Shown piece by piece: positions 48,340 through 59,054 of a DNA stretch of 64,000 bases. A model generated the notes under the pieces. It was not told the origin of the DNA. It saw only the letters and a list, made by a program, of their open reading frames with translations, and did no database searches. The position numbers were made by a program, and so were the translations under genes. The first letter of the stretch is position 1. Each line of letters starts with the position of its first letter. Source of the DNA: Mobula hypostoma. Lineage: Eukaryota. The stretch covers positions 105,030,001 through 105,094,000 of the forward strand of contig NC_086097.1 in assembly GCF_963921235.1 (NCBI RefSeq). Reading direction: 5' to 3'.

Positions 48340-50075
48340 GAAGGCATAGGGTATGTACATCCCTAAGAGGACGAAGTACCCTAAAGGCAAGATGCACAAC
48401 TGTGGCTGACAAGAGAAGTCAAAGCCAATATAAAAGCCAAAGAGAGGGCAAATTATAGTGCAAAAATTAGTGGGAAGTTAGAGGATAGGGAAGCTTTTAA
48501 AAACCAACAGAAGCCAACTAAAAAAATTAAGAAGGGAAAGATGGAATACAAAAGTAAGCTAGCCAATAATATTAAAAGAGGATACCAAAAATTTCTTCAG
48601 ATATATAAAGTGTGAAAGAGAGGCAAGAGTGGATATTGGACTGCTGGAAAACAATGCTGGATAGGAAGTAATGGGGGACAATGAAATGGTGGATGAACGA
48701 ATAAATATTTTGCGTTAGTCTTCACTGTGGAAGTTTCAGCCGTCAGGGGTCATAAAGATACCATTACTTGAGAGAAGGGAAACTGAAAGGTCTGAAGATA
48801 CCTAAGTCACCTGGACCAAATGGTGTATACCCCAGGGTTCTAAAAGAGGTGGCTGAAGAGATTGTGGAGGCATTAGTAATGATCTTTTGAGAATCACAAG
48901 ATTCTGAAATGGTTCCAGGAGACTGAAAAATTTCAAATGTTACTCCACTCTTCAAGAAGGGAGAGAGGCAGAAGAAAGAAAACTATCGGCCAGTTAGTCT
49001 GGCCTCAATGGTTGGGAAGATGTTGGGAGTCGATTATTAAGCATATCGTGTCGGGGTACCTGGAGGCACATGATAAAATAGGTTGTAGTCAGCAAGGTTT
49101 CTTCAAGGGAAAATCTTACCTGACAAATCTGTTGGAATTCTTTGAAGAAAAAACAAGCAGGCTGGACAAAGGAGAATCGATTGATGTTCTGTTCTTGGAT
49201 TTTCAGGCTTTTGATAAGGTGCCAGACATGAGGCTGCTTGACAAGCTATGAGCCCATAGCATTACAGGGAAGATTTGAGCATGGATAAAGCAGTGGCTGA
49301 TTGGCAAGAGGCAAAGAGTGGGAATAAAAGGAGCCTTTTCTGGTTGATTGCTGGTGACTAGTGGTGTTCCACAGGGGTCTTTGTTGGGACCAATTCTTTT
49401 TACGTTATATGTCAACAATTTGGATGATTGAATTGATGGCTTCATTGCAAAGTTTCCAGGTGATATGAAGATAGGTGGAGGGGCAAGTAGTATTGAGGAA
49501 GTAGAGAGGCTACAGAAGAACCCGGACAGATTAGGAGAATGGCCAAATTGGAAGATGGAGTACAGTATTGGGAAATGTATGGTCATGCACCTTGGTAGAA
49601 GAAATAAGAGGGTTGACTATTTTCTAAATGGAGAGAAAATACAAAAAACTGAGGCTTAAGGGACTTAGGAGTCCTAGTGCAGGATTCCCTAAATGTTAAT
49701 TTGCAGGTTGAGTCTGTGGTGAGGAAGGCAAATGCGATATTATCGGCCTTGATAGAGTGGATGTGGAGAAGATGTTTTTCTATGGCCAGAGACTAAGACC
49801 AGAGGACACAGTCTCAAGATAGAGATGAGGAGGAATTTCTTTAGCCAGAGAGTGGAGAATCTGTGGAATTCGTTACCACAGGCAGCTGTGGAGGCCAAGT
49901 CTTTATGTATATTTAAGGTTGAGGTTGATAGATTCTTGATTGGTTAGAGAATGAAGGGATATGGGGGGAAGGCAAGAGATTGGCACTGAGGTGAAAAATT
50001 GATCAGCCGTAATGAAATGGCAGAGCAGACTCGATGGGCCAAATGGTCTAATTCTGTTCCTACGTCTTATGATCT
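48340..50075 (+). mobile_element. Degenerate CR1 splitting a V-SINE (head about 48258-48339, tail about 50080-50245)
   Basis: ORFs 48937-49659 are CR1-like. SINE halves flank it. Confidence 0.75.
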
Positions 50076-51190
50076 GTAAGAAGACTGTATATCCTCCCTG
50101 TTAGTGCTCTGGTTTCCTCCCACAATCCAACAATGTACCGGTTAGTAGGTTAATTGGTCATTGTAAATTGTCCTGGTGTTAAATGGGTCGCTCGTTGAGC
50201 TGGAAGTGTCTGTTCTGCGCTGTATCTCTAAATACAATTAAATAAGTCTGGAAAAGAAATGGAAGAGTCAGAGGTGATCCATGTGAAAGTGAGAGCTAGG
50301 TGGAAGTTAAAGGTAATGAAATTTTAAAGTTCTGCATTTCTGTGGCACTATTTGGATTATCGATGTACTGGCAAATTCTGAGGGAATGGGCCCATCCCGC
50401 AGATAGACAGGCTCAGCTAGGGTACAAGTGAGTCTCCGTAATGATGAAAAGAGTTAAAGGGTTTGTTCAGAGTTCAAAAGGAGCAATAATGGCAGTGGTA
50501 GAAGAGTTACTTCATGTCAGTGGTTATTTTCATGTTCTTTTAGTATAGCTCCTTCTCAAAAGTATGTGTATTTTCCCTTTTTTTTGAGCATGCCCAGTAT
50601 CTGGATGTGGGAATGAAAAGAAACCAACTTGTTTGGTACTCTGCGGCAGTCTGCTTTTCTAATTAATCATACTCGTTAAGTGTTTATTAGTGGTAATGCA
50701 CACGTGGTTCTACAGGCTCTGACTCTTGTTGTGAAATATGTTCTCCTGTCACTGGTCCTCAGGAATCAGCACTTCCAAGATTTGGTTTCCACTAAACTTT
50801 CAGAAGTTTGACTCAACTAAAATACAGTTTATTGCAAAATGTGATTCTCAACAGTTGAACTTTACAATCCTGTGGGGCACACGTTTTTTGTGCAGTTTAT
50901 GAGTACTGACTGGCATTGATAACCATTGAGAAACATATATTCTAGTAAAGATTGATATCCAAGGAGTGGAAATCAGTGGTTGGGAAACCTATAGTTAAGT
51001 AAGAGTTAGTCTCTTGGGTAATTTATAGTCTGATGCAAATCCATGAAACCAACACCTGTAAAATATTTGAGAAACAGTGATAGATGGTGAGATATACAGC
51101 CTGTTTTGTATAGTGCTAAGATTCATGGTTTAATAGTAAAAGAAGAATCCAACACTGTGATGTACAATTTCAATGTCTTCCTTTTGCTAG

Positions 51191-51325
51191 ATTCTCACTG
51201 GCAGGATGCCACTCTGGAAGAGCTGGAGAGCGACCTGAGGGCAATGCACAGTCACGTTCAGCTCAATGCCTTAGCAACTTGTGCCTCAGGAGCAATTGAG
51301 CACCCAAAGCTGGAAGAAAGTAAAG
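51191..51325 (+). CDS. HEATR4: HEATR4 coding exon
   Basis: Acceptor cttccttttgctag. Reads (Y)SHWQDATLEELESDLRAMHSHVQLNALATCASGAIEHPK (recalled [36 protein letters not shown]). The 3' end is 51325 or 51319, both phase 1. Confidence 0.85.
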
Positions 51326-52804
51326 GTTTTATTTAACTTGTATATCTAAAAGTCCTGATGAGGGGTCTTAACCTGAAATGTTGACCACTTATTCATTTCC
51401 ATAGATGTTGCCAGTTCTGCTGAGTTCCTCCAGCGTTTAGTATGTATTGCTCTAAAAGTTGAAGGTGTCTGTTGTTATCCTTGTCTGATATGTCTAAAGA
51501 AATTGCAGTCTTTGGTATCAATGGGAGTGGTGAGTCCTCCAAGTTAGATATGGAAAAGGATAAGGTTGGTCCTCTAGTTAAGATTCTACGTTGGGGGAAG
51601 TTTAACTTCAGCAGCATAAGAGAGAACTGACAAATGTAGATTGGGAGTGAATGCTTGCAGATACAACAACGTCTGACAGGTTGGAGTATTTTTCAAAGAG
51701 GATGTGTAAGAGTTCAGTTGTGGTATATTCTCATAGAGGTGAAAGACAAAGATGGCAAGATTTGGGAACCTTGGATGACAGTTTAATGAAAGTATGATCA
51801 GGGGAACAAAGGAAGCAAAATAAAAATGGGCACTACTATTAACTGAGTGTCTTGATGAATATAGAGTAGGAGAAAACTTAAGATAAGAATCAGGGATGAT
51901 CTTTGGCAGACAATATTAAGGAGAAATCCCAAGACATCCTATAAGGATATTGGGAGCAGGAGGGTAGATAGGAAAGGAGTGAGTCACCTGTGAGTAGATT
52001 CAGGGGAAATAGACAAAGTTCCAGATAAAAATTTGTCATCTTACTTCCCGAGGAGGATTTGGAAGATGATAAGTTCAGGGTAGAGTTTGTGAATAACGTG
52101 GAGCAGGTCAGAATTAAGAAGTGTCATCATGTGGATTAGGTCACTATTAGCTATCCTGGAGCACAAGGTGGATAGGAGAGGGGATTTGGACCATAAGACC
52201 ATAGGACACAGGAGCAGAATTAGGTCATCAGGCCCATTGAGTCTGCTCCACCATTCAATCATGGATGATCATTTTTCTCTATCTCCTCCCCAACCCTAGT
52301 TCCCGGCCTTCCCCCCCCCCCCGTAATCTTTGATGCCATGTCCAATCAAGAACCTATCAATCTATGCCTTAAATACACCCAATGACCTGGCCTCCACAGC
52401 TGCACGTAGCAATAAATTCCACAAATTCACCACCCTTTGGCGAAAGAAATTTCTCCACATCTCTGTTTTAAATGGATGCCCCTCTATCCCGAGGCTGTGC
52501 CCTCTTGTCCTGGACTCTACCACCATGGGAAACACTTTTTCTACATCTACTCTGTCTAGGCATTCAAAAGGTTTCAATAAGATCCCCTCCCCCCCATCCT
52601 TCTGAATTCCGGCGAGTACAGACCCAGAGCCATCAAACGTTCCTTGTACAATAACCCTTTCATTCCTGGAATCATCCTCGTGAACCTCCTCTGGACCCTC
52701 TCCAATGCCAGCACATCTTTTCTAAGATGAGGGGCCCAAAATTGTTCACAATACTCAAGATGAGGCCTCACCAGTGCCTTATAAAGCCTCATTGTATTCT
52801 GACC

Positions 52805-53906
52805 TGGCCAAACAAGGGGCTTGGACCCGGTGGGAAAGTGTTGAACAACGACATCTATCTTGGAATGTTCTGTGGCAGATGGAAACACTCCACATTTCTT
52901 TTCTATGCAGAGCAGCATACGATCTGCTCCCAATACCTGCCAACCTCAGCACCTGGTATGAAGATAAGACAGACAAGTGTGCTGCTTGTGGTGAGAAGGG
53001 AACACTTCAACATATCTTGAGTGCATGCAGAGTCAATCTTTCCAGTGGCATGTACACTTGGAGACATAACAACGTTCTCAAAGTTGTAACAGAAGCGGTT
53101 GAGCAGAGAGTACTGCAGCACAACTTATCTCATGCCCCTTGCTGCACAGAACATCGCATATCATTTGTGAAAGAAGGCTCCAAGTCAAGGATGTACAACA
53201 CAGGCTCACGATCAAGCATACTTTCTTCAGCCAATGATTGGTGTGTCAAGGCTGACCTGGATGGGAAAGGCAGTTTCCCAGAGCAAATAGCTTTCACCAC
53301 ATTGCGTCCAGATATAATCGTATGGTCTGACACCAGTAGAGAAGTGGTTATTGGTGAACTCACAGTCCCCTGGGAAGACAACATCGATGAAGCCCATGAG
53401 CGCAAGTTAACCAAGTATGCAGAATTAAGATCAGAGTGCAGAGACAGAGGGTGGAAGGTCTCATGCTATCCATTCGAAGTAGGCTGCCGTGGGTTTATTG
53501 CATTCACTCTCCAGAAGTGGCTGTGTGACCTTGGCTTCACTAGAAGAGAGATCAAGTCAACCAGCAGGGCTGTAGCTGAGGCAGCAGAGAAAGGATCAGC
53601 ATGGGTGTGGACCAAGTATGTCCAGAGGGGCAGATAGTCAGACAGTGTATACATATCTTGTAAACCCCTTCAGTAGTTGCATAGGCACCTGAAGAGCAGA
53701 CTATCTGTTGGATGGAAGTGACCAACAACTCTGATAGAGGCAGATGCCAAGTTTTTAAAGCTTTAGCACTGCTGGCCCACCACCTCGAGGGAGTCTTGAA
53801 CATAAGCGGGCCGAAACTCCTGAAGACAGGTGGCAGATCAACTGATGATCCCACTGGTGATAGCACAGGACAGTTAACATCTTAGCCCAGGTGTATTTTG
53901 TAACTC
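52805..53906 (+). mobile_element. HERO-like non-LTR retrotransposon (restriction-like endonuclease type), 5'-truncated
   Basis: Stop-free frame to TAG at 53637: KQGAWTRWE, CCHC knuckle CAACGEKGTLQHILSAC, WRHNNVL, RPDII...ELTVPWE...ERKLTKY, PFEVGCRGF. About 270 nt of 3' UTR follows. Confidence 0.88.
53780..53855 (+). ncRNA. Non-circularly permuted hammerhead-like RNA in the HERO-like 3' UTR (predicted)
   Basis: GGAG-UC (53790-95) ... GAAA-CUCC (53813-20) ... UCAA-CUGAUGA (53838-48). Stems I and III pair cleanly; stem II is imperfect. Confidence 0.65.
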
Positions 53907-54404
53907 GAGATCTCTTGAAATGAATGCTGACATGGCATTTGCCTTCATCACCACTGACTCAACCTGCAAGTTAACCTTTAGGGTGTTCTGCCCAAGAACT
54001 GCCAAGTCCCTTTGCATCTCGGATTTTTGGATTTTCTCCCCGTTTAGAGAATAGTCCACACATTTACTTCTACTACCAAAGTTCATTTGCCATTTTCTTG
54101 CCCATTCTCCAAATCTGTGTAAGTCCTTCTGCATCCTACTTGTTTCCTCAACACTACCTGTCCCTCCACCAATCTTTGTATCATATGCAAACTTGGCAAC
54201 AAAGCCATCTATTTCATCATCTAAGTCATTTGTATGCAGCATAAAAAGAAGTGGTCCCAGCACCGACTCCTGCAGAACACCACTAATCACTGGCAGCCAA
54301 CCAGAAAAGGATACTTTTATCCCCACTCACTGCCTCCTACCAGTCAGCTAATGCCCTAACTATGTTAGTAACTGTCCTCTAATACCATGGGCTCTTAACT
54401 TTCA

Positions 54405-55630
54405 GGGGATGACTTTCAGCAGACTGAAATGCTTGAGCATGTAGATATTAAGTAAGAGGATATGCTGGAGCTTTTGGAAAGCATCAGGTTGGATAGCTCA
54501 CCGGAACTGGACGAGACGTACCCCAGGCTACTGTGGAAGGCGAGGGAGGAGATTGCTGAGCCTCTAACGATGATATTTGCTTCGTCAATGGGGACGGGAG
54601 AGGTTTCGAAGGATTGAAGGATAGCGGATGTTGTTCCATTATTCAAGAAAGGGAGCAGAGATAGCCCAGGAAATTATAGACCAGTGAGTCTTACTTCAGT
54701 GGTTGGTAAGTTGATGGAGAAGATCCTGAGAGGCAGGATTTATGAACATTTGGAGAGGCATAATATGATTAGGAATAGTCAGCATGGCTTTGTCAAAGGC
54801 ATGTCGTGCCTTATGAGCCTGATTGAATTTTTTGAGGATGTGACTAAACACATTGATGAAGGTAGAGCAGTAGATGTAGTGTATATGGATTTCAGCAAGG
54901 CATTTGATAAGGTACCCCATGCAAGGCTTATTGAGAAAGTATTGAGAAAGAAAGTAAGGAGCCATGGGATCCATTGCTTTGTGAATCCAGAACTGGCTTG
55001 CCCACAGAAGGCAAAGAGTGGTTGTGGATGTGTCATATTCTGCATGAAGTGACCAGTGGTGTGCCTCAGGGATCTGTTCTGGAAGGTAATGTTGAACCTA
55101 TTATATAGGACCCTGGTCAGACCCACTTGGAATACTGTGCTGAGTTCTGATCCCCTCACTACAGGAAGGATGTGAAAACCATAGAAAGGGTGCAGAGGGG
55201 ATTTACAAGGATGTTGCCTGGATTGGGGAGTATGCCTTATGAAAACAGGTTGAGTGAACTCGGCCTTTTCTCCTTGGAGCGATGAAGGATGAGAGGTGAC
55301 CTGATAGAGGTGTATAAGATGATGAGAGGCATTGATCGTGTGGATAGTCAGAGGCTTTTTCCTAGGGCTGAAATGGCTAACACAAGAGGGCATAGTTTTA
55401 AGGTACTTGGAAGGGTTAAGTTATATATGCAGAGAATGGTGAGTGCGTGGAATGGGCTGCCGGTGGCAGATGCAATAGGGTCTTTTGAGAAACTTCTAGA
55501 CAGGTACATGGAGTTTAGAACAATAGAGGGCTATGGGTAACCCTAGGTAATTTCCAAGATAAGGACATGTTTGGCACAGCTTTGTGGGCCAAAGGGCCTG
55601 TATTGTGCTGTAGGTTTTCTATGTTTCTAA
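54405..55630 (+). mobile_element. Internally deleted CR1 (family of 22171-25590)
   Basis: ORFs 54684-55052 and 55289-55540; tail ttttctatgtttcta. Confidence 0.88.
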
Positions 55631-55924
55631 TCTGGAAAGGCAGGAACTGATAAGAGAAAGTTAACATGGCTTTGTGTGAAGGGAAATGCTGTTTCACTAT
55701 TTAGACATTCAAATCAAGTTTATTATCAATGTTGTGAATTTTTTTTTTGTTTTATGGCAGCAGTACCATGCAAGGTATAAAGAAATACATGTCAAAAAAA
55801 AACAGCTTGTAAACAGGCCCTTTAGCCCAACTGGCCCATGTCAAACATAACATCATTGCTGTTACCAGTTGTCTGTGTTGTCCAAGCACCTTCCCCTCCA
55901 TGTAATTATCCAAATAGCTCTTAA

Positions 55925-56078
55925 ATAGAAACATAGAAACATAGAAAATAGGTGCAGGAGTAGGCCATTCGGCCCTTCGAGCCTGCACCGCCATTTATTA
56001 TGATCATGGCTGATCATCCAACTCAGAACCCAGCCTTCCCTCCATACCCCCTGACCCCTGTAGCCACAAGGGCCATAT
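55925..56078 (-). mobile_element. 3'-terminal piece of the young CR1 family, nested in an old CR1 (about 55800-57420, -)
   Basis: Near-exact reverse complement of 33200-33354. Confidence 0.85.
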
Positions 56079-57601
56079 CCAAATGTTGTAATTGTATCTG
56101 CCTGAGCCACATTCCCTGGCAGTTCATTCTGGGTACTTGCTATAAGAGGTTATTTCTTAGGTTTCTTCTAAACCCCTCCTCTGTTATCTTGTCAATACCT
56201 GCCACGATTTCATAAATTTCTCTGAGGTCAGCCCTTATTCTCCTATTCTCCAAAGAATGAAGATCACTGTGTGTGGCCAATTTCTTCCTAAAGCTCAGGT
56301 CCTCTGGTCCAGGAAGTATCCTTGTAAATCTCTTCTGCATCCTCTCCAGGCTGACAATGCCTTTCCTATAACAAGGTGACTAAAACAATCATAATATACC
56401 AGTTGTGGCCTCACCAATATTTTGTATCACAGCAACATAATGTCCCCACTGTTTGACTTGGTGCCCCGACTGATGAAAGCCAACGTGCTAAATGCCTTCT
56501 TCAGCTCTCTTCTTCACCATTGTGTTTACTTGCACGGCAGCTTTCACTGAGCTGTGTACTTGGTCTCCCAGATCCCCCTGTTCCACAATGTTCATCAGCG
56601 CACTGCCATTAATTGTACTGTATAAGTCCTATTCTATTTTCACTGTCCGAAATGCATCGCCTAAATTGATCCATTTGCCATTCCTCAGCCCACCTACCTA
56701 ACTGATAAAGATCCCCTTGCAATTCATTTTAACCTTTTTCAAAATCAACAACACCCTCTAATTTTGTATTATCAGCAAAATTGCTAATCGCACTATATAC
56801 ATCCATATTTAAATCATTTCTATAAAGAATGAACAACAGAAAACCTAACACTGACCCCCGTGGCACCCCACTAATTACAAGCCCCAGACAAAGAATCAAT
56901 CTTCAACTATCACCCTCTGCTTCCAATTTTGAATCCAACTCACTAATTCCATCTGAATCCCATGCAACTTGCAAAGCTGATCAAGGATTATTCAAGGCCT
57001 TACTAAAGTCTGTATAAACAAAATCCACTGCCCTACCTTCATTTATCCCCTTAGTTACTTCTTCAGAAATCTCCAAAAGATTCATCAGATATCACCTTGC
57101 ATGCACAAAACCATGTTGACTATTCATGATCAGGCCTTGACTATCCAAAGGATGGTAGATCTAGTTCCTGAGAATTTCCATGGGCAACTTCCCCACAACT
57201 GAAGTCAGGATCATTGTGGTTTCCTGGCCTGTCTTCCTACCCTTATTGAACAATGGAACATCATTAGTCATCTTCAGTCTTCTGGAACTTCATCACTGGC
57301 TAACAATGGCTATGTCTTTAAGGGTCTCTGTGATATCTTCCTTCTGTCAGGACCCTCACAATTTCTCTTATTTCTCACAATGTCCTGGGATACACACTTG
57401 ATCAGGCCCCATTTTATGCCTCAATACTACTAGCACCATTCCTTTCATAAAATCGCTTGTTGAATATAATGGCAAAGCGCAGGAAAAGTCCAAGTTAATA
57501 AGTGAACATAGAACAGAAGGCTAGGAGCAATAAGAGTATTTACAAATTAATGACATATTTCATCAAACTAAATACTTTTAAATGCCTCTAACTTATTGTA
57601 G

Positions 57602-57799
57602 ATTGTAGAAAAGGTATCCACATTTTCTCAAGAGGTAATAATGAAGTTCAGGCTATCCCAGAGGCTCTCATGTTGCTCATCAGTAAGGCCCTGACCAGTA
57701 GCAACCATCGGGTGAGATTTGCTGCAGCAATTTGTCACATCACGATGGAGAAAATGAATGAAAAAGTCGAAGAGATTCTTCAGGATACCCTCCTTCACG
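57602..57799 (+). CDS. HEATR4: HEATR4 coding exon, HEAT repeat (not in ORF track)
   Basis: Acceptor cttattgtag ends at 57601. Reads ...NEVQAIPEALMLLISKALTSSNHRVRFAAAICHITMEKMNEKVEEILQDTLLH (recalled [31 protein letters not shown]). Donor g/GTAAAG. Confidence 0.85.
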
Positions 57800-58371
57800 G
57801 TAAAGACCATCTCTATGTGACATAAGGGTCTTTGAATTTTATCTAGTACCCTTCACATCCATTCAAAATGGCTAGCAAATATTCTTGATAGTTATTGTTC
57901 TGTTGGAGAAAGGATGAGAGCCAATGGGGCAGCAGTGAATAATAACAAGATAAATTATTTTTCATCGGTATGTTTGTGAGGTATAAATGCTAGTCAGAGC
58001 ATAGGTAAGAACAATGCTGCTGTTCATCATTAGTGCTGTGGGATCTTCTACGTGTACCTGGGTCAGCTGAACAATTCACTGACTGTATAGTGCCCATTCA
58101 CACTGCTGCAGGTGTGCTCTTGTACTCAGATCTGAGGCCTGAAGCCTCATGTCAGCTTCCTTCTTGGAGGCCAGTCAGCCCTCATAGAGCCATAACTAAC
58201 AGTATCATGATTAATTGTTTCAATTTTCACCCATCCCAACCACTATTTCTCTGAGATTCCCCATTTGGTTTCCAGTCATTTGAAGCAAGAAGTTGCAGAT
58301 CACTGGTTTGTATTGGTGCCTGAAATAATGTTGGAGTCGCAAGCAATGAATGCTTTCTTTTTAAACTCCAG

Positions 58372-58532
58372 GAGATGTGTCTGATCGTTGGATTGCAGCA
58401 CAAAGCCTGGCCCTCACTGGTGATGATAGTTATCCTGTGGTCAATAGAATTATCCAGCATCTCTTCGAAACACCAGATACTCAGACTGCAAAGCAAGTCT
58501 GTCTCATCCTGGGCCCACTCTCTGAGAAGACG
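58372..58532 (+). CDS. HEATR4: HEATR4 coding exon, HEAT repeat; gene continues beyond window
   Basis: Acceptor tttctttttaaactccag. Reads GDVSDRWIAAQSLALTGDDSYPVVNRIIQHLF...LSEKT (recalled [32 protein letters not shown]...LSEKT). Donor acg/GTATGT. Confidence 0.92.
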
Positions 58533-58844
58533 GTATGTGAACCAGGATACCAAAGAGTAACAGCTCTGACAAATGCGCTGCTTAACCCCCTACCATCAAA
58601 CAAAGACACATATAGGCTTAGAATTCATGGTCAAGTTCTAGTCCAGGATCTCTGGACTAGCAAGGTTTGCCTTACAGGCAAGGAAACTTGTGAAGATGGG
58701 AGATGATAGTCTGAGGGTGGTTGGATCTGTCATGGAAAGTGTTCATTCTAGAGGTGCTAACCTAAGGGAGGGTAGCTCATTGGGTCTATAGCTGGAATGA
58801 TGGTGCCTTTGATAGGATTCTACATTTTTTAAAATTTAGAGATA

Positions 58845-59052
58845 AGCATGTTAACAGGCCCTTGTAGCCCAATAAGCCTGTGCCACCCAGTTACACCCAT
58901 GTAACCAACGAACATACCAACCTGTACATCTTTGGAATATGGAAAGAAACCAGAGCACCTGGAGGAAACCCATGAGGTCACAGGGAAAAAGTGCAAACTC
59001 TTTACAGACAGTGTTTGAATTGAATCTGTGTTGCTGGTATTGTAATAGTGTT
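58845..59052 (-). mobile_element. V-SINE-like fragment
   Basis: gaaaccagagcacctggaggaaacccatgaggtcacagggaaaaagtgcaaactc core. Confidence 0.7.
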
Positions 59053-59054
59053 AT

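Larger units (their letters stand above)
52190..54400 (-). mobile_element. CR1 3' part interrupted by the HERO-like element
   Basis: Collinear with the copy at 59055-60130, broken at about 52805 and 53907. Confidence 0.85.

Noticed and set aside
50250..51190. Apparently non-repetitive intronic DNA (also about 31020-31560 and 34150-34570) as hidden exons or enhancers
   Set aside because: I found no convincing frame with splice sites, and HEATR4 already joins in phase without them. Conservation cannot be judged without alignments.
52774..52804. Start of the 287-aa ORF as a real gene start
   Set aside because: The GTG and first codons come from antisense CR1 sequence. The ORF is a 5'-truncated retrotransposon fused by chance.
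53820..53862. SECIS-like stem with TGA/GA motifs
   Set aside because: There is no in-frame UGA in the upstream ORF and no proper apical AA loop. The hammerhead core explains the motifs better.
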